NCBI GenBank assembly: GCA_902613855.1
Contig: CACMIX010000001.1
Span: forward strand, 288,717 to 352,716
From: an uncultured Pelagibacteraceae bacterium
GTDB taxonomy: Bacteria; Pseudomonadota; Alphaproteobacteria; Pelagibacterales; Pelagibacteraceae
Length of the DNA: 64,000 bases
Direction: 5' to 3'
This document shows, one piece after another, positions 31,690-41,035 of the stretch (positions are counted from its first letter, which is position 1; each line of letters begins with the position of its first letter). The position numbers and the translations under genes were made by a program. Below the pieces are notes generated by a model. That model was not told where the DNA came from and did no database searches. It was given only the letters and a program-made list of their open reading frames with translations.

Positions 31690-32938
31690 CCACCCTCTTT
31701 CCTAAAAGTTTGAAGTAAAAAAACATAAACAACAAAAGTAAAACTACAATAACTATTGAAACAGCAGATCCCATTCCTATATCAGATACAGCAAAACCTT
31801 GTTGATAAACATTAATTGGTAAAGTTCTGGTACCTGAGGCACCACCAGTAAGTAGGAAAACATCCTCAAACTTATTAAAATTCCAAATAAATCTTATCAT
31901 AAATAGAATTGATATAACGGCTGTAATTTGAGGAAGTGTTATTTTAAAAAACTTTTGAAATGGACTTGCTCCATCAACATCTGCTGCTTCATATAGTTCT
32001 TTTGGAATAGCCTGAAGTCTTGCAAGAATAAATAAAAAAGCTAAAGGAAAATATCTCCAAATTTCAAACATAATTACTGTTGTAAGAGCTAGTCTTAGTT
32101 TAAAATCGAACCCTAAAATATTTATTGTAATATATTTTTGCCCTAGCAAATTGATTGGTGTCTCTATAACCTGATAATTGATTAACAAGCTATTTAGTGT
32201 CCCGCTATTTGGATCTAATAGAAGTTCCCAAGTGTAAGCTAAAGCCACAACTGGAGCAACATAGGGAAAAAGTAAAACACTCCGCATAAAAGTTCTTCCA
32301 TAAAATTTTTGATTAACCATTTGAGCTGTTAAAATACCAAAGATAATTGATCCAACTGTACCAAAAAATGTGTAGTAAAAAGTTGTGAGAAGCAGGTCTA
32401 TAAATTCATCATCAAACAAAACTTTTTTAAAATTTTTTAAAGTAAAAGTGGCATTAAGCAATATATTATCAGAAGTTCCATCTAATTTAGGTTTAGTTGA
32501 TTTAAGGACTTTTTTATTTATTATTGAGCCGTCATTTGTTTCGAAAACTACTGTAAAATTTTCTCTATATTTTGCAGGCCAATTGCCAAATTTACACTTT
32601 AAAGTATATTTTTTGTAATCACATCTTGTGTCTAGCTCTTCAATCTCAAAATTTTTTGGGAATTTATCTTGAAATGAAACATCTCTGATTTCTTGAAGTA
32701 AAGAGCTATTTCTTAATTTATATAAAATTTTTATTTTTGAGGGATCTTCTGAAATGGATTTAACAATTTTTTTTGCCCTAGGTTCTGGAATTCTAATATC
32801 TTTTAATTCAACTTCCTTAAAACTAATCCAAACATTTGCAAAAATAGGAAATAAAATTATTGCAAAAACTAAAGCAACTGCAGGTAAAGTTAAAATATAT
32901 GCAGTCTTCTTTTCGGTATTTGCTAAAGTATCTTTCAT
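31679..32938 (-). CDS. carbohydrate ABC transporter permease (MalF/CUT1 type) with a large loop after TM1
   Basis: 419 aa. EAA loop ELYEAADVDGASPFQKF. There is a ~130-aa hydrophilic insertion between the first and second hydrophobic segments. Confidence 0.85.
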   Translation of the reverse strand: MKDTLANTEKKTAYILTLPAVALVFAIILFPIFANVWISFKEVELKDIRIPEPRAKKIVKSISEDPSKIKILYKLRNSSLLQEIRDVSFQDKFPKNFEIEELDTRCDYKKYTLKCKFGNWPAKYRENFTVVFETNDGSIINKKVLKSTKPKLDGTSDNILLNATFTLKNFKKVLFDDEFIDLLLTTFYYTFFGTVGSIIFGILTAQMVNQKFYGRTFMRSVLLFPYVAPVVALAYTWELLLDPNSGTLNSLLINYQVIETPINLLGQKYITINILGFDFKLRLALTTVIMFEIWRYFPLAFLFILARLQAIPKELYEAADVDGASPFQKFFKITLPQITAVISILFMIRFIWNFNKFEDVFLLTGGASGTRTLPINVYQQGFAVSDIGMGSAVSIVIVVLLLLFMFFYFKLLGKRVDEN

Positions 32939-32988
32939 AAAAAAAGCGGATAAGTAATCTTATCCGCTTTTTTAATTAATTTAAATTA

Positions 32989-34317
32989 CTAGAATTTAGT
33001 TAGTGCTTTGTTAATCATATCAACAGCCTCATCTACATCAATTTGGTCATCAATATAAAGTCTAGTGATTCTATTTATAAATTGAGAGTTAATTACTTTT
33101 GATGCTCTAGATAGTTCACCTTCTTTAACTCCCCATCTATTCGCAGTGTCTAATCCGGCAACGATATTATTTATAACATCTGGATCATAAAGATCTGACA
33201 AAGGAGCTTTTCTATCAACACCAACCGGTAGTTTACTCCAAGCTTTTGTAAATGCCTCTGGATCACTGGCATTTCCTCTTCTCACTGGAAATTTACCTTC
33301 TGGAGCAATAGATAAAGTACTTGTATATCCTTCATCCATTGAATACATGATAAATTGTTTTGCCTCATCAGTATCAGCATCAGCTGTTATACCAAAGTAT
33401 CTAACATCTGCCCATGCTGCGCCTTTTTTATTACTAGGTCCACTAAAATTTGTTATGAAACCAGTTTTAGATGCTAGTTCAGGTGATGTTGGATCACTAT
33501 TTATTGTTGGTGGAGCTGAGTCTCTTAAACCTGCTAGCTCATCCATAATAAATGGAGACCAAATAATCATTGGAGTTTTTCCAGCAAAATAAAGTGCTCT
33601 AGATTGTTTCCAATAAAGTTCACCTGGAGGACTAGCTTTTGCTATAATTTTATAAAACTCTAATGCCTCTTTTAACTTTTTGCCTTGTTTTTTTATTCCA
33701 CCTTTTTTAACAATATTAACTCCATTAGCTAAAAGAACATGTTCTAGAACCTGACTCATAAAATTTTCATCAGTCTTAGTTGCTGCTACAAATCCAAACA
33801 TACCATTTGTTTTTGATAGTTTTTCAACAGCAGCGACGATGTTAGCATAACTTGTTGGTGGTTCTAGTTCAGCGTTGTCAAAAAGATCTTTTCTATAAAC
33901 AACCATTTGCGTCCATCCATCAACTGGAACAGCTGCAATTTTTGATCCTGACTTAGCCATGTTTAGAGCACCTGGAGCAAAAGTATCTTTACCAAGTTCT
34001 TTTACAACAGCGTTATTTGCATCAACATCTAAAATTCCAGCTTCTGCCCAAGGTAATACATATTGTAAAGTGTGATAAATCACATCTGGTAAATCACCTG
34101 CTGCCGCAGCAGCAGTTGCTCTTGTACCTAATTCCTTTTCCTCAATTGGAATTACATCAACCTTAATACCTGTCTTAGCCTCAAAAGCTTTGGCCATTTC
34201 CTCTTGCTTAGCCATTCGAGCAGGTTGGACTTCCGTTGTCCAAAATTTAATATCTGCATAAACAACACTTGTAATGAATAATGATATTATGCAAAATATT
34301 TTTATTATATTTTTCAT
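32989..34317 (-). CDS. ABC transporter extracellular solute-binding protein, family 1 (sugar)
   Basis: 442 aa with an N-terminal signal peptide (MKNIIKIFCIISLFITSVVYA) and an SBP_bac_1-like sequence. Its codon and amino-acid composition is visibly less Lys/Asn-biased than its neighbours. Confidence 0.85.
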   Translation of the reverse strand: MKNIIKIFCIISLFITSVVYADIKFWTTEVQPARMAKQEEMAKAFEAKTGIKVDVIPIEEKELGTRATAAAAAGDLPDVIYHTLQYVLPWAEAGILDVDANNAVVKELGKDTFAPGALNMAKSGSKIAAVPVDGWTQMVVYRKDLFDNAELEPPTSYANIVAAVEKLSKTNGMFGFVAATKTDENFMSQVLEHVLLANGVNIVKKGGIKKQGKKLKEALEFYKIIAKASPPGELYWKQSRALYFAGKTPMIIWSPFIMDELAGLRDSAPPTINSDPTSPELASKTGFITNFSGPSNKKGAAWADVRYFGITADADTDEAKQFIMYSMDEGYTSTLSIAPEGKFPVRRGNASDPEAFTKAWSKLPVGVDRKAPLSDLYDPDVINNIVAGLDTANRWGVKEGELSRASKVINSQFINRITRLYIDDQIDVDEAVDMINKALTKF

Positions 34318-34368
34318 TTCTCCTCCTAGGATTTTTTTTCTAAAAAATTACAATATTTAGTAGTTTGT

Positions 34369-34382
34369 ATCAAATATTTGAT
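34369..34382. promoter_or_regulatory. perfect 14-bp palindrome ATCAAATATTTGAT upstream of the SBP gene; candidate operator
   Basis: Read directly. It is centred about 58 nt upstream of the SBP start codon (34317, minus strand) in a 133-nt spacer. Confidence 0.25.
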
Positions 34383-34450
34383 TAAATTTTATTAATAAAA
34401 ATTATTAGTTATTTTCGTAAAAAATTAAATTCTAACAATTTAAAGTTGTA

Positions 34451-35506
34451 TTAAAGTTTTATTCTAATTTGATTTTTATCGAAAATTAATAAATCTTTAT
34501 AATTAAAACCAATTGTATCTGTAATTGTAACGTTACTTGGAATTTTTGCACTTAACTGTTTTTTATCTTTTTTTATGTAAACAATTTTTTCATTACCAAG
34601 ATTTTCAATTAACTCTACTTCTGGATTAAAAGTAAAATCACTTTTATCGTTAACTTTTAAATGTTCAGGTCTAATTCCAACATAATGTTTTGTTTTCTCA
34701 AATTTAATATTTTTAAAATTAATTTCTAAACCTAATAATTTGAATGTATTTTCAGAAATAATATTTTTCTCACTAATTTCTAGTATATTCATCTTTGGAG
34801 TCCCAATAAACTGAGCTACAAAAACATTAGATGGATCATTATATATTTCCTCTGGTGTTCCTATTTGCTCAATATTTCCTCTATTAAGTATTACTATTCT
34901 GTCAGCTAAAGTCATAGCCTCAACTTGATCATGTGTAACATAAATCATATTAGTCTTAATTTGATTATGTAACTTTGATATTTCAACTCTCATTTCAGCT
35001 CTTAATGCTGCATCTAAATTAGATAATGGTTCATCAAAGAGAAATATCTTTGGATTTCTAGTTATAGCTCTCCCGATTGCAACTCTTTGTCTTTGTCCAC
35101 CAGATAATTCTTTTGGTCGTCTATCTAAAAGATCTTCTATTTTTAAAATTTTTGCAGCCTCAGTTACTTTTGACAAAATCTCTTCTTTTGGTCTTTTCTC
35201 TATTTTTAATCCAAAAGACATATTTTCAAATACATTCATGTGTGGATAAAGGGCGTACGATTGAAATACCATAGCTGTTTGACGTTTTGAGGGGTGAAGC
35301 TCGTTTATCTTTTGATCATTAATAAATATTTCTCCCTCATCAATTTTCTCAAGTCCAGCAATCATTCTTAATAATGTTGATTTACCACATCCTGACGGCC
35401 CAACTAAAACAAGAAATTCATCTTCTTTACCCTTTAAATTGAAATCTGAAATTATTTTATTTGAACCAAAGGATTTATGAACTCCTTTAAATTTTATATT
35501 TGCCAT
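34451..35506 (-). CDS. sugar ABC transporter ATP-binding protein (MalK/UgpC type)
   Basis: Walker A GPSGCGKST, signature LSGGQRQR, Walker B IFLFDEPLS, and a C-terminal TOBE-like regulatory domain. 351 aa. Confidence 0.92.
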   Translation of the reverse strand: MANIKFKGVHKSFGSNKIISDFNLKGKEDEFLVLVGPSGCGKSTLLRMIAGLEKIDEGEIFINDQKINELHPSKRQTAMVFQSYALYPHMNVFENMSFGLKIEKRPKEEILSKVTEAAKILKIEDLLDRRPKELSGGQRQRVAIGRAITRNPKIFLFDEPLSNLDAALRAEMRVEISKLHNQIKTNMIYVTHDQVEAMTLADRIVILNRGNIEQIGTPEEIYNDPSNVFVAQFIGTPKMNILEISEKNIISENTFKLLGLEINFKNIKFEKTKHYVGIRPEHLKVNDKSDFTFNPEVELIENLGNEKIVYIKKDKKQLSAKIPSNVTITDTIGFNYKDLLIFDKNQIRIKL

Positions 35507-35604
35507 CTCTAATATTAATTAGTTAATAGAACTTAATTAACTTATTTTAATAAATTAAGTATATCAATTAGAAAAAATTTTTTGGAATTTATTAATTAGC
35601 AAAA

Positions 35605-36825
35605 TTAAAGATACTGTTTATTATCTTCATTTACAGCTTTTTCTAACCTGATTAAAAAATCGGGAATTGCACTTTTCACTCTACTCCAAGTAGGTATGAA
35701 AGGTGCATCCATTGGGTTTAAATAAAAATCCTCTCCAGCTCTAATTATATTACTTGAAAACAATTCAACTGCTTTTTCTTCAGTATGAGAGTCAAATTTT
35801 AGACCATTCATTTCAGCATCAGCTCTGTAAGCATCTATTAAATCTAAAGCAGATCTGTAATATGTTGCTTTCAAAGACCTTAGTTGCTCTCTGCTGAAGG
35901 AATGACCTTGAGTTGCTAATTTTTTGATAAAGGTTTTAATAATATCTATAGACATTCTTGATAAACCTTTTTTTTCATTATCTAGAGATAAATCTTGGTG
36001 TTTATGGTCATAAGTATCAGCTAAATCTACTTGGCAAATATTTTGAGGTGAAAAATTTCTTTGCATTTCTGATAATATTCCAATCTCTATACCCCAGTCA
36101 GATGAAATTCTAAGTTCTGGTAAAATATTTCTCCTAAAAGAAAATTCGCCAGCCAATGGGTATTTAAATGATTTCATAAAATCTAAATAGTCACTTTTGC
36201 CAATAGTTTTTTCTAAAGCATTCAATAAAGGAAACACTAATAGTCTTGCTACACGTCCATTCATCTTGTTGTCAGCTACTCTTGGATAAAAGCCTTTACA
36301 AAATTCAAAATTAAACAGTGGGTTTACAACTGGATAAAATAGTTTTGCTAACATTCTTCTATCATAAGTTTTAATATCACAATCGTGTAATGCAACTGAT
36401 CTTGCACTATCTCTTGCAATAGACATTCCTATGCAATACCAAACATTTCTTCCTTTACCATGCTCACTTGGAGCTAATCCTTTTTTTTGTAACTCTTTAT
36501 CTAATTTTTTTAAATTAGGCCCATCATTCCAAAGGATTGTAAAAGGAGTTTCTAATTTTTCAAAAAAAGTCCAAGCTTTCCTTGCTTCAGACTCGCTTGC
36601 TTGATCTAAGCCTATGATTATATGATTTATGTAATTTGTTTTACTAATCTCTTTTACAATATTAGGCAATGCATCACCTTTTAATTCTGAATAAAGACAT
36701 GGCAGGATAAGTTCCATCTTCCTTTCTTTAGAAAAACCCAAAAGTTCCTTTTCTATTTGTTCTAAAGATTTTGTTCCAAAATCATGAAGAGTTGAAATTA
36801 TTCCATTTTGAGAAAAATCACTCAT
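35605..36825 (-). CDS. glucosyl-3-phosphoglycerate synthase-like glycosyltransferase (GpgS/MpgS type)
   Basis: 406 aa GT-A fold. GKGRNVWY and LHDCDI (DxD) motifs. Its length and its pairing with an MpgP-family phosphatase match the long GpgS type as I recall it. The sugar donor cannot be determined from sequence alone. Confidence 0.55.
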   Translation of the reverse strand: MSDFSQNGIISTLHDFGTKSLEQIEKELLGFSKERKMELILPCLYSELKGDALPNIVKEISKTNYINHIIIGLDQASESEARKAWTFFEKLETPFTILWNDGPNLKKLDKELQKKGLAPSEHGKGRNVWYCIGMSIARDSARSVALHDCDIKTYDRRMLAKLFYPVVNPLFNFEFCKGFYPRVADNKMNGRVARLLVFPLLNALEKTIGKSDYLDFMKSFKYPLAGEFSFRRNILPELRISSDWGIEIGILSEMQRNFSPQNICQVDLADTYDHKHQDLSLDNEKKGLSRMSIDIIKTFIKKLATQGHSFSREQLRSLKATYYRSALDLIDAYRADAEMNGLKFDSHTEEKAVELFSSNIIRAGEDFYLNPMDAPFIPTWSRVKSAIPDFLIRLEKAVNEDNKQYL

Positions 36826-36836
36826 AAAATATAGTA

Positions 36837-37640
36837 TTAATTATTATTTATTTTAACTAGGGCCATTTTGATCACATCTGCCCAGCCCTCAGGTGATGGC
36901 TTATTTGTTATTATTAAATCATTTATAGGGATTTGATCTAATGTAAATTTATCATTAAAAACTAAGCAAGGAAAATCACTAACTTTAAGCATATCTAAAT
37001 CATTGTAATTATCACCAACTGCTATTGTTTTTACATTTTTATTATTTTTTTTAAAAAATCTCACAAATACCTGAAGTGCTTTAGATTTATTTACTTTATC
37101 AGTTAAATTAATAACTCTCCCACCTTCTTGTAAATTTAAACCTTTATTTCTAACAATTTTAGATAATTCATTTCTTTCACTTTTGTTTCCCTCAAATATA
37201 AAAGGAATAGTGTATTTACGATCTAAAGCCAATTTTAATTGTTCATTTTCTAAACCTAAAATTAAGCTTTGTTTCTTCTTGTTCATTTCAGACAACCATT
37301 TACATTTATTTTGTAAATCTATTGGCACCAACTTTTCAAAAATTTTTATAAGATTATCTTTTTCTCTGCTTAAAATTAATTCTTTAGGTAAATTAGAATT
37401 TAATAAATCTAAGCCATTTATAGCAGCACCATTTTCAGAGATGTAAGGTAAACTTTTACCTAATTCTTTGTTAAATACTAAAATTTCTTTTTCAGTTTTA
37501 CTTGTGTTGGGTATAATAAAAATTCCCTTAGATATTAATTGTTTTATATAGTCTTTTATTTTATCAAATTTGAAAGTATCTCTATGAAGAAGTGAGCCAT
37601 CAAGATCTGTAAATATCAAAACTTTGAATACTTTTTCCAT
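36837..37640 (-). CDS. HAD-IIB phosphatase of the mannosyl-/glucosyl-3-phosphoglycerate phosphatase (MpgP/YedP) family
   Basis: 267 aa. Motif I FTDLDGSLL, motif II PNTSKT, motif III GDNYNDLDML, with a cap domain between motifs II and III. Confidence 0.65.
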   Translation of the reverse strand: MEKVFKVLIFTDLDGSLLHRDTFKFDKIKDYIKQLISKGIFIIPNTSKTEKEILVFNKELGKSLPYISENGAAINGLDLLNSNLPKELILSREKDNLIKIFEKLVPIDLQNKCKWLSEMNKKKQSLILGLENEQLKLALDRKYTIPFIFEGNKSERNELSKIVRNKGLNLQEGGRVINLTDKVNKSKALQVFVRFFKKNNKNVKTIAVGDNYNDLDMLKVSDFPCLVFNDKFTLDQIPINDLIITNKPSPEGWADVIKMALVKINNN

Positions 37641-37684
37641 TTAACGATGTTTATAAAATATTCAAATAAATAACAATTTTACAT

Positions 37685-37778
37685 ATTAGTCTTGTTCAAT
37701 TATAAATATTAGCATAAACACTCATGAAATTCATTAATGCCCTTGTGGTTAAATCAGAAGACTCAAAGGACTTAAAAT
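37685..37778 (+). repeat. left copy of a 94-nt imperfect direct repeat (54 nt of tRNA-Leu upstream sequence plus the tRNA 5' part)
   Basis: Aligned by hand to 40942-41035. 48/54 positions are identical upstream and 34/40 in the tRNA 5' part. Same orientation, constant offset of 3257 bp. Confidence 0.85.
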
Positions 37779-37824
37779 ACCTTTTCCTTTTAAGAGCCCT
37801 AGTTCTTGTGTTATTGCATGAATC
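37739..37824 (+). pseudogene. decayed tRNA-Leu(UAA) copy (pseudo-tRNA)
   Basis: It retains the GCCCTTG acceptor 5' strand and the AAGGACTTAAAAT anticodon arm. It has D-arm substitutions and a 1-nt insertion after the anticodon loop. The 3' half is only faintly alignable (..agttc..), and there is no complementary acceptor 3' strand or CCA. Confidence 0.7.
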
Positions 37825-37876
37825 AAAAAACTTATTTGAAACATTTAATATAGTCATATAGTTATTTAATCTTATT

Positions 37877-39595
37877 ATGAAGTATATATTAGGTATTAAA
37901 TATGGTGGACATGACACATCAGCAGCCTTACTTTTCAATGGAAAACTTATAGCCGCTTGTTCTCAAGAAAGATACACAAGAGATAAACACAGCAGATTAT
38001 TTCCTAAAGATGCGGTAATGGATTGTTTAAAAATTGGAAAAATAGATATTAATCAAATTAATGAAATAGCTTTTGTTAATGATTTAAAATCAATGACTAG
38101 AGAGATTTATCTTAAACCAGCTATTCAAAGTGATGAAAGATTAGATTTTTTAATTAAAGACATTGATAAAATTAAAAGAATGAACAATATGGATCAGATC
38201 ATAAGAAATAATTTAAATTATAAAGGTACTATAAAATATTATAGGCATCATCTATGTCATGTAGCAAGCGCATATTACCCTAGTGGATTTAAAAATGCTT
38301 TGTGTTTAAGTATTGATGGAGTCGGAGAATATGAAACTGGAATTATAGCATCTGGTAAATTAGGCAAAATTAAAACACTGAATAATGAAAATAAGTACCC
38401 TCATTCCTTAGGATTATTATATTCAGCAATAACATATTACCTAGGTTGGAAACATCATTGTGATGAAGGAATCATCATGGGATTAGCTCCTTACGGAAAT
38501 TCATCAAAAAAAATTCCAGGATTTAAAAAGACATATCTACAAGTTTTTAGAGAAATACTTACTAATAAAGGAAATTTTCAATATAAGATAAATTTAGATT
38601 ATATAGATTATTACTCAGAAAGAGATAAATGGGTTACCGATAAATTCATTAAGATTTTTGGACCAAAAAGAAAATACGAGGAACCATTAACAAATCATCA
38701 TAAGAATATTGCTGCAGCCTTACAGGATCAATTGGAAAGTGTTGTTTTAAAACAATTAAAAATTGCAAGAAAAAAATTCAAATTTAATAAATTATGCTTG
38801 GCTGGAGGGGTGGCATTAAACTGTTCTTTAAATGGAAAAATAGCAAAAAGTAAAATATTCAAAGAAATATTTATACAACCTGCAAGTGGAGATGATGGTT
38901 GTGCTTATGGTGCAACTTTACTTGCATATACTTCATCAAAAAAAAAAATGATACCAAAAAGAATGCATAATTTCTATAAAGGATCATGTTTCACAAATAA
39001 AGAAATAGAGTCGGAACTTAAAAAGAAAAAATTAAATTACGTTCGTCCTAAAAATTTATATCATGAAGTTTCAAAACATTTGAAGGATGGAAAAATTATA
39101 GGTTGGTTTCAAGGTGGGGCTGAATTTGGACCACGAGCTTTAGGAAATAGATCAATATTATGTAAACCATATCCAAAACAAATGAAAGACCATCTAAATA
39201 TTAGAGTTAAATTTAGAGAGGAATTTAGACCATTTGCACCATCTGTTTTGAATGAATATAGGGAAGATTTTTTCCATATAAATCAAGATAGCCCACATAT
39301 GCTTATGGCATGCAAAATTAAAAAAAATAAGATGAAAGATGTTCCAGCAATAGTTCATATTGATGGGACATGTAGAGTTCAAACAGTTAAAAAAGAAATT
39401 AATGAGAAATTTTATAATTTAATTAAAGAATTCAACCATTTGACAAAGATACCAGTATTATTAAACACTTCTTTTAATGTCAAAGGCCAGCCTATTGTCA
39501 ATACTCCATCAGAAGCTATAGAAACTTTTAAAGCTACTAAAATAGATGTCTTAGCTGTAGGAGATTTTTTATTAACTAAAAAAAGTAATGTCTGA
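37877..39595 (+). CDS. carbamoyltransferase, NodU/CmcH family
   Basis: 572 aa. N-terminal ASKHA/Kae1-like ILGIKYGGHDTSAALL, HHLCHVASAY, and C-terminal carbamoyltransferase domain (FGPRALGNRSIL, NTSFN). Confidence 0.85.
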   Translation: MKYILGIKYGGHDTSAALLFNGKLIAACSQERYTRDKHSRLFPKDAVMDCLKIGKIDINQINEIAFVNDLKSMTREIYLKPAIQSDERLDFLIKDIDKIKRMNNMDQIIRNNLNYKGTIKYYRHHLCHVASAYYPSGFKNALCLSIDGVGEYETGIIASGKLGKIKTLNNENKYPHSLGLLYSAITYYLGWKHHCDEGIIMGLAPYGNSSKKIPGFKKTYLQVFREILTNKGNFQYKINLDYIDYYSERDKWVTDKFIKIFGPKRKYEEPLTNHHKNIAAALQDQLESVVLKQLKIARKKFKFNKLCLAGGVALNCSLNGKIAKSKIFKEIFIQPASGDDGCAYGATLLAYTSSKKKMIPKRMHNFYKGSCFTNKEIESELKKKKLNYVRPKNLYHEVSKHLKDGKIIGWFQGGAEFGPRALGNRSILCKPYPKQMKDHLNIRVKFREEFRPFAPSVLNEYREDFFHINQDSPHMLMACKIKKNKMKDVPAIVHIDGTCRVQTVKKEINEKFYNLIKEFNHLTKIPVLLNTSFNVKGQPIVNTPSEAIETFKATKIDVLAVGDFLLTKKSNV

Positions 39596-40946
39596 GAGAC
39601 TATCAACTCAAATTTCTAAATATTTTGATCGCCTATGGCCTTTGAATAGATCAATCACAGGACAAGGTGTAAGAAAAACTCATAAAATTTTAAAAGAAAT
39701 AATTCCTTTTAAAACTCTTGAAATTCCATCTGGTCTAAAAGTACATGATTGGAAGGTACCAAAAGAATGGATAATTAAAGATGCATATATTTTAACTCCC
39801 GAAGGTAAAAAAATTTGTGACATGAAAGAAAACAATTTGCATGTTCTAAATTATTCATCTCCAGTAAATAAGACAGTTTCACTTAAAGAACTACAAAAAC
39901 ATTTATTTAGCATTAAAGAAATTCCAAATGCTATTCCTTATTTAACAAGTTATTATGGTAAAAACTGGGGATTTTGTATTCAGGATAATATAAGAAAAAA
40001 ATTAAAACCAGGAAAATATAAAGTTTTAATTAAATCAAAATTTATAAATGGATCTCTTACTATTTCCGAAAAAATTCTAAAAGGAAAAAGTAAAAAAGAA
40101 ATTTTATTTACAACATACACCTGCCATCCATCATTGGCTAACAATGAGTTAAGTGGTCCTTTAGTTCAGTCTTTTTTATATAAAAAAATATTATCTATGA
40201 AAAATAGATATTTTACATACCGTTTTGTTTTTCACCCTGAAACAATTGGATCAATCGCATACCTGGCTAAAAAAGGTAAATATTTAAAAAAAAATGTTTT
40301 TGGAGCATATAATCTGACATGTCTGGGTTTAAAAAATAGTAAAATTACATATAAAAAATCAAAAATAGGTAACAGTTTATCCGATTTTGTAGCTCTAGAA
40401 ATAATGAAAAATATTAATAAAAAAAAAATTGAAGTATTGGATTTTTTTCCAACAGGAAGTGATGAAAGGCAGTATTGTTCACCAGGTTATAATTTACCAA
40501 TGGGTGTTTTTATGAGAGGTGTTCCTGGTACTTACAAAGAGTACCATACATCACTAGACAATAAAAAGATTTTATCAAACAAAGTTTTAATTGAAATGAT
40601 TAATATTTATTATCGAATAATTAAATATTTTGAAAAAAATAAAAATGAATTATTTGAAAAAAAAATTAAAGTTATAAAAAATAATTATAACAAGAAAGGT
40701 CAATTTTATTTAAATCTTAAACCTTATTGTGAACCTCACTTCAGCAAAATAAATTTACAGAGCACAATAGGAGGTAAAAGAAAACAAATAAGAGATTTGA
40801 AAGCAATAAAATGGTTACTTTCATATTCAGATGGAGAAAATAGCATCAAAACAATTTCAAAAAAAAGTGGTATAAAATTAAAAATTTTAAAATTCAATGC
40901 AAATTTATGTTGTAAAAAAAAACTTTTAAAAAAAATTGATTATTAA
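39588..40946 (+). CDS. DUF4910/COG4310 protein with aminopeptidase-like (M28-fold) domain
   Basis: 452 aa. Motifs W.LNRSITG, HPSLANNELSG, FHPETIGSIAYL and GSDERQY are typical, as I recall, of this family, which is found in glycan-biosynthesis loci. Overlaps the carbamoyltransferase stop by 8 nt. Confidence 0.6.
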   Translation: MSERLSTQISKYFDRLWPLNRSITGQGVRKTHKILKEIIPFKTLEIPSGLKVHDWKVPKEWIIKDAYILTPEGKKICDMKENNLHVLNYSSPVNKTVSLKELQKHLFSIKEIPNAIPYLTSYYGKNWGFCIQDNIRKKLKPGKYKVLIKSKFINGSLTISEKILKGKSKKEILFTTYTCHPSLANNELSGPLVQSFLYKKILSMKNRYFTYRFVFHPETIGSIAYLAKKGKYLKKNVFGAYNLTCLGLKNSKITYKKSKIGNSLSDFVALEIMKNINKKKIEVLDFFPTGSDERQYCSPGYNLPMGVFMRGVPGTYKEYHTSLDNKKILSNKVLIEMINIYYRIIKYFEKNKNELFEKKIKVIKNNYNKKGQFYLNLKPYCEPHFSKINLQSTIGGKRKQIRDLKAIKWLLSYSDGENSIKTISKKSGIKLKILKFNANLCCKKKLLKKIDY

Positions 40947-41035
40947 TCTTGTTTAATTATATATATTAACATAAATACTCATGAAATTCATTAAAGCCCT
41001 CGTGGTGAAATTGGTAGACACAAAGGACTTAAAAT
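40942..41035 (+). repeat. right copy of the 94-nt direct repeat (upstream region plus 5' part of the functional tRNA-Leu)
   Basis: See the left copy at 37685-37778. Confidence 0.85.

Noticed and set aside
37696-37938. 80-aa minus-strand ORF from the ORF track.
   Set aside because: It lies across the pseudo-tRNA-Leu/duplicated spacer and overlaps the carbamoyltransferase start. It has no recognisable domain and an odd composition, so it is best explained as a chance ORF in AT-rich DNA.
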